64,000 nt of DNA from positions 11,780,001-11,844,000 of the forward strand of contig CATNEN010000001.1 of the NCBI GenBank assembly GCA_950097015.1. The letters run 5' to 3'. The translations under genes were made by a program, and so were the position numbers. Origin of the DNA: Macrostomum hystrix (lineage: Eukaryota; Animalia; Platyhelminthes). This document shows positions 1 to 11,348 of this stretch, in pieces (the stretch's first letter is position 1; every line of letters starts with the position of its first letter). Under the pieces are notes generated by a model that was not told the origin of the DNA, ran no database searches, and saw nothing but the letters and a program-made list of their open reading frames with translations.

Positions 1-98
1 ACACAAGCTAAACAGGTTAGACAAGCTAAAACATGACAGAACAAAAAATGTGTGTTCGACACGAACTATAATACGTTAAAATCATAAAAATGACTTAC

Positions 99-249
99 AA
101 GCCTCTACAATCTCCGGAGTGACCAGCGACCAGTTTTCATCTCCAACACCAGCCTGTCCGCCATGCTCATTCTTATGCAGACTGTCGTGAATGAATTCAA
201 TTAGGCTAGCAACCCCGGCCTTCAATTCGGCATTGTTATCTACGGACAT
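99..249 (-). CDS. First coding exon of an unidentified gene that continues beyond the window start (MSVDNNAELKAGVASLIEFIHDSLHKNEHGGQAGVGDENWSLVTPEIVEA...)
   Basis: Minus strand: TTTCAG acceptor ending at 295, ATG at 249, 50 open codons plus 1 nt, then a canonical GTAAGT donor at 98-93. GC content is higher than in the flanks. Confidence 0.6.
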
Positions 250-534
250 CCGTGACGCTATTATTCGAGTTGCTTAGTTTCAACTACTGACTCGCTGAAA
301 TTAGGAACATTGTGGTGTTGGTATATTTTCTATTAGAAAAACTTCTTATTTTCATTTTTGTTGTCTTTATTTTTGACGCCAATCAGATCATGACCAATTA
401 TGCCTTAAATTGTTAAATTGAGAACTCCAGTCACCTCTGGACTTCAGAATTTTCAAATCTGCACATTTAAGTAACAGTGATCCTTCACCAGTCCCCTGAC
501 ACTCTAGCAGATTCCCCTGAAGCTTTCAGAGACA

Positions 535-1390
535 CTCTGACACCTCACTAGAACCCCGACACTTCAGTAGACCTTCTGACACTTCAGTAGACCTTCTGAC
601 ACTTCAGTAGACCTTCTGACACTTCAGTAGACCTTCTGACACTTCAGTAGACCTTCTGACACTTCGGTAGATCCCTAACACTTCGGTAGACCCTGACATT
701 TCAGTAGACCCCTGACACTTCAGCAGACCTTTTGACACCTCACTAGATCACTGACACTTCAGTAGACCCCTGACACTTCATTAAACCCCTGACACTTCAG
801 CAGACCTTCTGACACTTCAGTAGACCCCTGACACTTCAGTAGACCCCTGACACTTTAGTACAACCCCTGACACTTCAGTAGACCCCTGACACTTCAGCAG
901 ACCTTCTGACACTTCAGCAGACCTTCTGACACTTCAGTAGACCCCTGACACTTCAGTAGACCCCTGACACTTCAGTAGACCCCTGACACTTCAGTAGACC
1001 CCTGACACTTCAGTAGACCCCTGACACTTTAGTACAACCCCTGACACTTCAGTAGACCCCTGACACTTTAGTACAACCCCTGACACTTTAGTACAACCCC
1101 TGACACTTCAGTAGACCCCTGACACTTTAGTACAACCCCTGACACTTCAGTAGACCCCTGACACTTCAGCAGACCTTCTGACACTTCAGCAGACCTTCTG
1201 ACACTTCAGTAGACCCCTGACACTTCAGTAGACCCCTGACACTTCAGTAGACCCCTGACACTTCAGTAGACCCCTGACACTTCAGTAGACCCCTGACACT
1301 TTAGTACAACCCCTGACACTTCAGTAGACCCCTGACACTTTAGTACAACCCCTGACACTTTAGTACAACCCCTGACACTTTAGTAGACTC
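535..1390. repeat. 19/20-bp minisatellite (GACACTTCAGTAGACCCCT / GACACTTCAGTAGACCTTCT)
   Basis: Tandem repeats read directly. A variant block recurs about 270 bp apart (851 vs 1123). Confidence 0.95.
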
Positions 1391-1969
1391 GGAGATCCTT
1401 CATCCGTGACCCTTAAGTAGACCGTTGACCCCTTCAAAGACCAACCCAATTGACTTTTTAATAGTCAATTTTGGCACTTGCAAGTGTTTTATAATATTTT
1501 CCTTTGCATGCCGTACATTTTTAATAAGATTCTGTAAGACAAATAAGTAGAATTTTCCAGAATAGTGCCACTTTCCAAGAAAATAACATTTATTTAAAAA
1601 AATATTTTTTCTTCTAAACTTTTACTTTATTTAACATTAAAATTTCTAGTCAATTGAAATATGTACAGTTTTTTAAAACAGGAAATAATTTTAATTGAGA
1701 ATAATCACTAACAGAGAAGGTTAAGCAGTGAAATATGAGCACAATGATAAAATTCATTATCTCAGTGCAAACGAATTTATTTGTACATGTCTTACATAAA
1801 AAACTTATTTTTTAACTTAGACTGGACGGCTAAAAAGCATTGTCAATCACGAGCGCAAATTATGACATCAACCTTTTGTGACCAGCACATATTGACCATT
1901 TAGCGATGAATCAAATACTTGCTTGGCAATGCAAGACAAACAGCTTGTAAACATATTGAATGATTCTTT

Positions 1970-4640
1970 TAGACTAATCCATACTGAGGATTTGGGATTC
2001 TGTCAGACTAATCCATACTGAGGATTTGGGATTCTGTCAGACTAATACATACTGAGGATTTGGGATTCTGTCAGACTAATCCATACTGAGGATTTGGGAT
2101 TCTGTCAGACTAATACATACTGAGGATTTGGGATTCTGTATCACTAATTCATACTGAGGATTTGGGATTCTGTCAGACTAATACATACTGAGGATTTGGG
2201 ATTCTGTATCACTAATTCATACTGAGGATTTGGGATTCTGTCAGACTAATACATACTGAGGATTTGGGATTCTGTCAGACTAATACATACTGAGGATTTG
2301 GGATTCTGTCAGACTAATACATACTGAGGATTTGGGATTCTGTCAGACTAATACATACTGAGGATTTGGGATTCTGTCAGACTAATACATACTGAGGATT
2401 TGGGATTCTGTCAGACAAATACATACTGAGGATTTGGGATTCTGTCAGACTAATACATTCTGAGGATTTGGGATTCTGTCAGACTAATACATACTGAGGA
2501 TTTGGGATTCTGTCAGACTAATACATACTGAGGATTTGGGATTCTGTCAGACTAATACATACTGAGGATTTGGGATTCTGTATCACTAATACATACTGAG
2601 GATTTGGGATTCTGTCAGACTAATACATACTGAGGATTTGGGATTCTGTCAGACTAATCCATACTGAGGATTTGGGATTCTGTCAGACTAATACATACTG
2701 AGGATTTGGGATTCTGTCAGACTAATCCATACTGAGGATTTGGGATTCTGTCAGACTAATACATACTGAGGATTTGGGATTCTGTATCACTAATTCATAC
2801 TGAGGATTTGGGATTCTGTCAGACTAATACATACTGAGGATTTGGGATTCTGTCAGACTAATACATACTGAGGATTTGGGATTCTGTCAGACTAATACAT
2901 ACTGAGGATTTGGGATTCTGTCAGACTAATACATACTGAGGATTTGGGATTCTGTCAGACAAATACATACTGAGGATTTGGGATTCTGTCAGACTAATAC
3001 ATACTGAGGATTTGGGATTCTGTCAGACTAATACATACTGAGGATTTGGGATTCTGTCAGACTAATACATACTGAGGATTTGGGATTCTGTCAGACTAAT
3101 ACATACTGAGGATTTGGGATTCTGTCAGACTAATACATACTGAGGATTTGGGATTCTGTATCACTAACTCATACTGAGGATTTGGGATTCTGTCAGACTA
3201 ATACATACTGAGGATTTGGGATTCTGTCAGACTAATACATACTGAGGATTTGGGATTCTGTCAGACTAATACATACTGAGGATTTGGGATTCTGTCAGAC
3301 TAATACATACTGAGGATTTGGGATTCTGTCAGACTAATACATACTGAGGATTTGGGATTCTGTCAGACAAATACATACTGAGGATTTGGGATTCTGTCAG
3401 ACTAATACATTCTGAGGATTTGGGATTCTGTCAGACTAATACATACTGAGGATTTGGGATTCTGTCAGACTAATACATACTGAGGATTTGGGATTCTGTC
3501 AGACTAATACATACTGAGGATTTGGGATTCTGTATCACTAATACATACTGAGGATTTGGGATTCTGTCAGACTAATACATACTGAGGATTTGGGATTCTG
3601 TATCACTAATACATACTGAGGATTTGGGATTCTGTCAGACTAATACATACTGAGGATTTGGGATTCTGTCAGACTAATCCATACTGAGGATTTGGGATTC
3701 TGTCAGACTAATACATACTGAGGATTTGGGATTCTGTCAGACTAATCCATACTGAGGATTTGGGATTCTGTCAGACTAATACATACTGAGGATTTGGGAT
3801 TCTGTATCACTAATTCATACTGAGGATTTGGGATTCTGTCAGACTAATACATACTGAGGATTTGGGATTCTGTCAGACTAATACATACTGAGGATTTGGG
3901 ATTCTGTCAGACTAATACATACTGAGGATTTGGGATTCTGTCAGACTAAAACATACTGAGGATTTGGGATTCTGTCAGACAAATACATACTGAGGATTTG
4001 GGATTCTGTCAGACTAATACATACTGAGGATTTGGGATTCTGTCAGACTAATACATACTGAGGATTTGGGATTCTGTCAGACTAATACATACTGAGGATT
4101 TGGGATTCTGTCAGACTAATACATACTGAGGATTTGGGATTCTGTCAGACTAATACATACTGAGGATTTGGGATTCTGTCAGACTAATACATACTGAGGA
4201 TTTGGGATTCTGTCAGACTAATACATACTGAGGATTTGGGATTCTGTCAGACAAATACATACTGAGGATTTGGGATTCTGTCAGACTAATACATTCTGAG
4301 GATTTGGGATTCTGTCAGACTAATACATACTGAGGATTTGGGATTCTGTCAGACTAATACATACTGAGGATTTGGGATTCTGTCAGACTAATACATACTG
4401 AGGATTTGGGATTCTGTATCACTAATACATACTGAGGATTTGGGATTCTGTCAGACTAATACATACTGAGGATTTGGGATTCTGTCACACTAATCCATAT
4501 TTAGGATTTGGGATTCTGTCATCAGACCGACTAATCCTGAGGTTTAGGATTCTATCAGACCGACTAATCCTGAGGATCTGGGATTCTATTATCAGACCGA
4601 CTAATCCTGAGGATCTGGGACTCTGTCAGACAAATCATTT
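1970..4640. repeat. 34-bp minisatellite (TCAGACTAATACATACTGAGGATTTGGGATTCTG), ~75 copies, degenerating after 4500
   Basis: Period of 34 measured directly (2241 to 2275); highly homogeneous. Confidence 0.97.
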
Positions 4641-4794
4641 GGAGCTGGGATAATGTGGGGCAGATCTATTCAGATGACTATGGATTGCTGAATCATTGGG
4701 ACCAGAAGCCAACCAGTCCAAGGATTTATATTAATCAGACTAAAACCGATCGTCGGGTTTCGAATTTGAGAACACGGAGCACAGAGCACAGAGT

Positions 4795-5235
4795 TCACTG
4801 CATCAAGCAGCTCTGCAATTGGCCGCTGAGCTGGTCTGCGTACCGGCTGGCCACAAGCCTCCTAGCCCCGTCCAATCGCCGACGCAGCTCTTTGACGCGT
4901 TGGGCATCGGCGAGTAGCTGGGCAGTGCCAGCCTGGGCGGTGGCTTCCTCAGCCAAGCAATTATGATCAGCGTCAGCCGCCGCCTGTTTATCGCGTCCTC
5001 GATGATCGGTAACCTCGTTAGAGATCGCATCGCTATCGGGCAGAAACAGCAGACCGAGATCCGGCTCCTGACCAGCTGTAAGCTGGCAGCACAGCTCAAC
5101 TAGGCTAGCCAGCTCGTCTACTGCGCGTTGAGTCTCCGCTGTCAGTCGTTGACGCGCCTGACGCCAACCTGAGTCGGTCAGTTGATCTAGGCGATCTGCT
5201 TTGGCCTTGGCGGACACTAGCTCAGAAAGTAGCGA
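4795..5235 (-). CDS. CEP85: CEP85/CEP85L-like centrosomal coiled-coil protein, last exon
   Basis: Acceptor TTACAG|TCG at 5236 is in frame, stop at 4795. The C-terminus (ELASLVELCCQLTAGQEPDLGLL...RVKELRRRLDGARRLVASRYADQLSGQLQSCLMQ) resembles, from memory, the CEP85 C-terminal domain (QxxxGxxPxLxLL...SxRYA...CxxQ). Confidence 0.72.
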   Translation of the reverse strand, partial: SLLSELVSAKAKADRLDQLTDSGWRQARQRLTAETQRAVDELASLVELCCQLTAGQEPDLGLLFLPDSDAISNEVTDHRGRDKQAAADADHNCLAEEATAQAGTAQLLADAQRVKELRRRLDGARRLVASRYADQLSGQLQSCLMQ

Positions 5236-5274
5236 CTGTAATCGGAGGTTTAAGAGTTATGGCGGGGAGAATGT

Positions 5275-5532
5275 TTGAGACTGGGGATCTAGAATTAATA
5301 TACTTTGAGACTGGGGATTTGGGATAAATGCCCAATGAAACTGGGAATCTGGGAAAATACCATTTGAGACTGGGGATCTGGGATCAATACCTTTGAGACT
5401 GGGGATCTGGGATCAATACCTTTGAGACTGGGGATCTGGGATCTATACCCTTTGAGACTGGGGATCTGGGATCAATACCTTTGAGACTGGGGATCTGGGA
5501 TCAATACCTTTGAGACTGGGGATCTGGGATTG
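5275..5532. repeat. 29-bp intronic minisatellite (TTTGAGACTGGGGATCTGGGATCAATACC)
   Basis: Tandem copies read directly. Confidence 0.9.
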
Positions 5533-5657
5533 TGGAGAACTTGGCTCTGAGAATAGGGATTTGGGATAATAATATATTTTTTCTAGGTATGGGATATGGG
5601 ATACAGCCTGAGGACTTTATGTAAATGCTGGCTGCACGCGTTAACAAAAATCCTCAC

Positions 5658-6059
5658 CTGTTTCTCAGCCAGGCAATCCAACAATTGTCGCTGCAGTTTT
5701 CCCAAATCTCTTTGCAACTCGGAGGCCACTCCGCGAGCCGCAGTCAGAGCCGAGTCCTTCTCAGCCAGTCTGCTCTGACAGTCAGATCGAGTCTTGTCCA
5801 GTTCAGCTTTCAAAGCCGCCAATTGAGCCTGGCGATCCGACAAAACGCGGCGACAATCTTCGTAGCGTCGACAATGCCTCGCCGCTTCGGCCTTCAAATC
5901 CGCGATCAAATCTCGAGGCTCATTTTCGTTGTCCAATTGTTTATCGCCAGACGTGGCAGACTGCAAACGGTTGCTAAGGACGCTAACGTGCTGCCGCAAT
6001 TCAGTTACTGTGTCGCGAAGAGTCTCGTTGGCAACAAGCTGCTCGTTTAACTGCTGGCC
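5658..6059 (-). CDS. CEP85: CEP85-like gene, middle exon (coiled coil)
   Basis: Acceptor TTTGTAG at 6060 and donor CAG|GTGAG at 5657. The exon is 402 nt, phase 0 at both ends, with heptad-rich sequence. Confidence 0.72.
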
Positions 6060-6136
6060 CTACAAACGATTGAGCAATAAACAACTGATAGATAGAATGC
6101 AAGTAAATGTACATCAGGCTAGTCTTCCTTTTAGTA

Positions 6137-6770
6137 GGAGTGACATAAAAAGAGTGACATTTAGGAAAGAGTGACATTAAAATTGAGTGAAATTTTTAGA
6201 AAGAGCGACATGTTGCAAAAAGTGTAACATTTTGGAAAATTTGACATCTTGGAAAATATACACAATTTGAAAAGAGTGACATTTTAAAAAAGTTTGAGAT
6301 CTTGGAAGTGTTATATTTTGACAAATATTAACATTTAGAAAAAAGTGACATTTTCGAAAGATTGACATTTTGGAAAATAGTGACATTTTAAAAAGTGACA
6401 TTTTGGAAAAGAGTGACATTTTGAAAAGTGACATTTTGGAAAACAGTGACATTTTAAAAAGTGACATTTTGGAAAAGAGTGACATTTTGGAAAGAGTGCC
6501 ATTTTGGAGAGAGTGACATTTTAGAAAGAGTGATATATAAGAGTGACATTTTGGAAAAGTGTGTCATTTTAGAGAAAATGGTTACATTTTTTAAGTTTCA
6601 CATTTAGAAAGGAGTGACAATGTAGAAATAGAAGTAAGAAAGTAAGAAAGTAAAATTTCGGAAAGAGTGACCTTTTGGAAAGGGTAAAAATTTTGTTTTC
6701 ATATTTTGGAAAGTGAGACTTTTCGGAAAAGTGACATTCTGTAAGAGTGTCATTTGACAGGAGTGACATT
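6137..6770. repeat. Degenerate 15-18 bp intronic minisatellite (GAGTGACATTTTGGAAAA)
   Basis: Recurring GTGACATTTT core; further copies at 7134-7170 on the far side of the SINE. Confidence 0.85.
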
Positions 6771-7133
6771 AATAATAATAATAATTGCAGGAGGGCTGCG
6801 GGCAATGACACAGTTTGGTGACACTAGACCCGCAGCCAGCGAGGAGGCAATTCTGCCCATTTCGCTGACTCCTGAGCACACACGCACACAGATACCGTAC
6901 GCAGGCACACGCTCACACAGGTGTGTACATCTGTCCTGACTTTCTCATCGTCAGGCAGTGTACACTCGAACTGTGCCTTGGAGGTTGGCCCTCAAGGGCG
7001 TAAATTGCACGACAAGCCCCCAAGCCTTCTCTCCGCGGCTGCGCCCCAAATAAATGTGGCCTCGCCGTGGAATCGAACTTAGGGACTGTGGTGCGAGTGG
7101 CAAACGCGTTAACCGCTCTGCCACCGACCCCCT
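6771..7133 (-). mobile_element. tRNA-derived SINE, copy 1
   Basis: Minus strand starts GGGGTCGGTGGCAGAGCGG (A box), has GTTCGATTCC (B box) and ends in an (ATT)n tail. It is flanked by AGGAGTGACATT on both sides (6759-6770, 7134-7145). Two homologous copies occur later in the window. Confidence 0.85.
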
Positions 7134-7201
7134 AGGAGTGACATTTGGCGGGAGTGACATTTGGCGGGAAGGGACCTATTGAAAACGAATCGCAAACTTA
7201 C

Positions 7202-7981
7202 CTGCTCATCAAGCCGTCTACTAAGCCCCAGGTAGCGCTGCTTGTACTTTCTGGATCTAGTTAGCAGCCGGGCTCGATCAGATTTCAGCTTAGCAACTTC
7301 TTCTAGCGTTGGAAACTGGCCGAGAAAGCCTTCCAAATCTTTCAATTCTCGTTTACACCTGGCCAGATCGCGTTCAAGAATTTCGCGATGTTCAATCTCG
7401 GAAGCGCAGCGGGCTTCGACATCGGCAGATTTGGCCTCCTCTTTAGCCAACAATTCCGCAGCTCTACTAGAAGCAGCGTTGGCAGATTCCTCCGCCTGTC
7501 TAGCGGAATATTCCGCGGCCGCTAGGCGTCTCTCGAAGTCTGCAATGATCCGATTGGAATCAATAGTGAGCTGGTCCAGTTGATTACGCAATGCCGCATT
7601 CTCGTAGGCCAGCTCTTGGGCGTGCTGGGTCAAGAAATTGCCGGCTGCAGAAGAAGTCGCGTCTGGTTGATAATGCCTAGTTCCGCCCAGTCTCATTGTT
7701 AACAGACGCATATTAGCCTCTTCCAAGTGCAGTATCTGAGCTTTCTGACGATCGGCCAGACTATTGGGACCAATTAGTGCCACCGCCTGGCCATTGTCAA
7801 CTCCAGCTTGACCGTTGGCCACCGAATAGCCCAAATCCGGAGCCGCGTCCAGTCTACGCCGAGTCATCAACTGTTCGTGGCTTCGCTGACGACTGAGCAG
7901 GTCGCCTAGAAGCTCGCCGTTGACTCCGCCGACGCCAGCAGGTCTAGTAGCTGTTGAAGTCTGCTGATGCGTTGTTGCAGT
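7202..7981 (-). CDS. CEP85: CEP85-like gene, first large exon (frame open from the acceptor at 7982; first in-frame ATG at 7867)
   Basis: TTTCCAG acceptor and CAG|GTAAGT donor at 7201 (phase 0). KDLEGFLGQFPTLEE resembles, from memory, the CEP85 motif LExYLADLPTLED. Confidence 0.7.
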
Positions 7982-8099
7982 CTGGAAATAAATTTCTTAG
8001 ATTAGAGTTTTAAACACTACTAAACATACTACTGGTAGTAGAAAATAACTGTTTTAATTTCGATGAGGTTCAGGAAACATATTGAGTTTGCAGTTTTAA

Positions 8100-8550
8100 T
8101 TAGATCCAATTTGGGATTTTGAATAGGAACAGTTTGGGATTTTAAATTGGTCGAGTTTGGGATTATCAATAGGTCCAGTTTGGGGTTTTATATAGGAACA
8201 TTTTGGGATTTTAAATTGGTCGAGTTTGGGATTATCAATAGGTCCAGTTTGGGGTTTTAAATTGGTCGAGTTTGGGATTTTGAACAGGAACAGTTTGGGA
8301 TTTTGAATAGGTCCAGTTTGGGATTTTGAATAGGTCCAGTTTGGGATTTTGAAAAGGTCTAGTTTTGGATTTTGAATAGGTCCAGTTTGGGATTTTTTAA
8401 TAGGTCCAGTTTGGGATTTTCAATAGGTCCAGTTTGGGATTTTGAAAAGGTCTAGTTTTGGATTTTGAATAGGTACATTTTTGGATTTTGAATAAGTACA
8501 TTTTTGGATTTTGAATAGGTCCAGTTTGGGATTTTCAATAGGTCCAGTTA
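8100..8550. repeat. 23-bp minisatellite (AATAGGTCCAGTTTGGGATTTTG)
   Basis: Tandem copies read directly. Confidence 0.9.
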
Positions 8551-8925
8551 AAGTTTTAAACCTAGCTATAAATGAAATGTACTTTAAGACAAAAATCAAC
8601 TTTGCAGTTTTAGAGACATTATCAAGCCATTTTAAGCAATGTGTATTTGTGTTAGAACAGTAGTACATCTCGCACAGCACGCATCTAAGTACAATAAACT
8701 TTATTTGCTGAACCAACTACACTAAAGTAATTAAGAAAACGATAAAAAGAAGCATTTCATTAAATGGTTGATCAAGCAAGTGATTGGACTTTGTAAATCA
8801 AACGAAGCATTAACTATGCGAGTAAAACCTGGTTGACTAAATAAAATGACTGAAAATTCACTGGGAAATAAACTCACAAGAACTAGTAGAGCTAAGAAAT
8901 TGCAACTTTTTTTCAATGTACTTAC

Positions 8926-8986
8926 TTGTTGTTCGAAAATTGTGTACTAAAAATCATATTGCAAGTAGGAATGAATGAAGCATCAA
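8926..8986 (-). other. Putative short 5' (probably non-coding) exon of the CEP85-like gene
   Basis: TTCTAG acceptor at 8987 and AA|GTAAGT donor at 8925-8920. I saw no better donor to pair with the 7982 acceptor. Confidence 0.4.
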
Positions 8987-9145
8987 CTAGAATTAAATTA
9001 TTCAGTTTAATTTAGCAACAGAGCAACATAACATTTATAGTAGCCATACACTAAAAAACTTATTAATAACTGAAGACTTCATTATCTGTTTTCTGCCGCG
9101 GATTCGACAACACGACCTACTAGAAATAACCAAACAAGCAGAAGT

Positions 9146-9367
9146 TCAGACTCGCTTCCGATCGGTCAGGACCCGAACTATGCAGCCAATTTGACCCCTG
9201 GCGAACACTTTTTCGTGCCAGGTAAGCAGGAGGGCGTGATTGTCCTGAATCACTTCGAAGCCGCGATAAATGTACTTCATCAGGGTGTCCAACAGTGGCT
9301 CCGGCAGGGCTGCTACGCACGCCTCGATGCTGTTTGTACCGCGAACTTGCATGAGTACTCGGAGGAC
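9146..9367 (-). CDS. ARPC5: Actin-related protein 2/3 complex subunit 5 (p16-Arc), exon 2
   Basis: CCGCAG|GTC acceptor is in frame. LDTLMKYIYRGFE...LLTWHEKVFARGQIGCIVRVLTDRKRV* is the canonical ARPC5 C-terminus. Confidence 0.95.
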   Translation of the reverse strand, partial: VLRVLMQVRGTNSIEACVAALPEPLLDTLMKYIYRGFEVIQDNHALLLTWHEKVFARGQIGCIVRVLTDRKRV

Positions 9368-9539
9368 CTGCGGCCATTGGACAGTTGGATTTTAGATATT
9401 TTGGATGCAATTTAGATTCCGGGACATTTTTGTTCAGTTGCTTTCATCAACTAAAACTTATGGGATTATGGATTTTTATATCTGGGCTTTACGGTCTAAG
9501 GATTCTAGACTTCTTAATTTAATGAGGTAGGAATATAGG

Positions 9540-10050
9540 ATTTTAAGTTTCCAGGATTTCCGAATTTAAGATTCTGGGATTTATGATTCTAGGATTTAGG
9601 ATTCTATAATTAACAATTCCAGCATTTATGATGCTAGGATTTAGGATTCTAGGATTAAAGATTCTATGATTTAAGATTCTAGGATTTAGGCTTCTAGGAT
9701 TAAAGATTCTATGATTTAAGATTCTAGGATTTAGGCTTCTAGGATTAAATATTCTAGGATTTAGGATTCTATGATTAACAATTCTAGGATTTATGATGCT
9801 AGGATTAAAGATTCTAGGACTTAATATTCTAGGATTTAGGATTTCGATATTGATGATTCTAGGATTTAAAATATATTCAGGATTATAAGAATTAAGGAAT
9901 CAAGCAATCCATAATTTTCGGATATTAGGATTTGAGGATTTTATATCTATGAGTTAGAGTTAAAGGATTTAGGATTCTAGTTACGATTTTAAGATTAAAG
10001 ATACCAGGATTTAGGATTCTAGGGCTTGGGGATTTTAAGATTCTGGACTA
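9540..10050. repeat. 15-bp intronic minisatellite (TTCTAGGATTTAGGA), degenerate
   Basis: Tandem copies inside the ARPC5 intron. Confidence 0.85.
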
Positions 10051-10237
10051 GGATTTCGATTTGTAGCCTAAATAATTAAGATCTCTAGGCTATAGTAGTA
10101 AATGATTTAGGATCCAAGGTTTACAAGACAGCCGAATGTTCATGGATAGCGATTTAGGATAGAGAAAATAACATCTAACAGGTCAAGGCCATAGACGAAA
10201 ATGCAGTGAACTTCAGAGACATAGAGTCTATACTCAC

Positions 10238-10483
10238 CTGATTCAAAGCCTGGTCCTTGACAGCTTGATTTCTAGCATTAACAGGCGCCTTGGCCAACAA
10301 AGCAGTCAAAGCCGCTGGAGCCTCATTCTGAGCCAGTAGGTTGCCTAGCTCCGCGTCGGACATTGCTAGAGACACGGCGTCGTCCAGTTCGGCAGCGTCG
10401 GCCGCGGCGAATCCGCCATCCTCGCCGGAGTACTGGTCGACGTCGACTCGACGAAATCCGGCATCGCGATTTCTATTAGTCAT
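10238..10483 (-). CDS. ARPC5: ARPC5 exon 1
   Basis: MTNRNRDAGFRRVDVDQY carries the ARPC5 N-terminal FRxVDVDxY motif. CAG|GTGAGT donor at 10237, phase 0. The spliced product is 155 aa. Confidence 0.95.
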
Positions 10484-11348
10484 GGCAAACTGACACGTGC
10501 TTGATTTCAGATGACTAGGTGCTTTTTATACTACTGAAAGTATAATTTTATGGGATTTTGTGTATTGTGTAACTAATTCAATCATTTTTGCCCACCAAAA
10601 TCTATAATTTTTTACTTAATAAATTATTAATTCGATTTTATTCAAAAAATTATTAAATAGCATTTGAAGCATTATAATATACTGCAGGATATTATAAGCT
10701 AGGATTATAAGCTGGGATTTTCAAAAAACTTGCATTTCATTCTTTTTTAGTCATCACCAATGTACAGAGGCTCAAATCTCATTCAGCTAAAGTAAAAACA
10801 CCAAAATTAATTATACAGCACAATGCTTAAATGCAAATAAATAATTATTGGTATAAGACAGTTTTGGTTCAAAACATTTTGGACAAAACTCTAATTATGT
10901 AAAAGTATGAGTATTAGCATAGAAACTTTACAATAATGACATTAAATGATAGTCTAGCTGTCATCAATCTTATCAATTTATACATTTGATTATTAACCTT
11001 AATCTAGTTACTATATAATAATTAAAAAAAATGATTATTATATAATCCAATATTATAAAATTAATGCCTTCATTAATGTATTTTTCTAGGTTTAGAATCT
11101 AGCTAGCTCATTGTTTTATCTATGTCAAATAAGCCTAACCATACATTAAACATACCATGGTTTTAGAAAATCTAGGGGCCAGGACATCAAAATATGACCA
11201 AATTAGATAGCCTTGTTGATTTCATTTTTTATTACTAATACTATCGCCCAGGCACAATTGGCTATTATCCTGCTAGTTGCCTAGCTATGTTATATCTATG
11301 GTTCCTAGACACTTTGTCATCAGTTTTTTGTCTTCTTCAACTTTTGGT

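Noticed and set aside
1970-4520. 34-bp repeat array as a CRISPR array
   Set aside because: Repeats are contiguous with no unique spacers, there are no cas genes, and the context is eukaryotic.
6920-6968. Hammerhead ribozyme in the SINE (CTGACGA...GAAA on the minus strand)
   Set aside because: No stem II, no stem III/NUH cleavage site, and CTGAC is sequestered in a simple hairpin with GTCAG.
7050-7131. Functional tRNA gene
   Set aside because: A/B boxes are present but there is no complete cloverleaf, and the sequence continues into a repeated SINE body.
4655-7583. Plus-strand ORFs overlapping the CEP85-like exons, and antisense ORFs within the ENaC and 405-aa genes
   Set aside because: Shadow ORFs of GC-rich coding sequence with no motifs or splice support.
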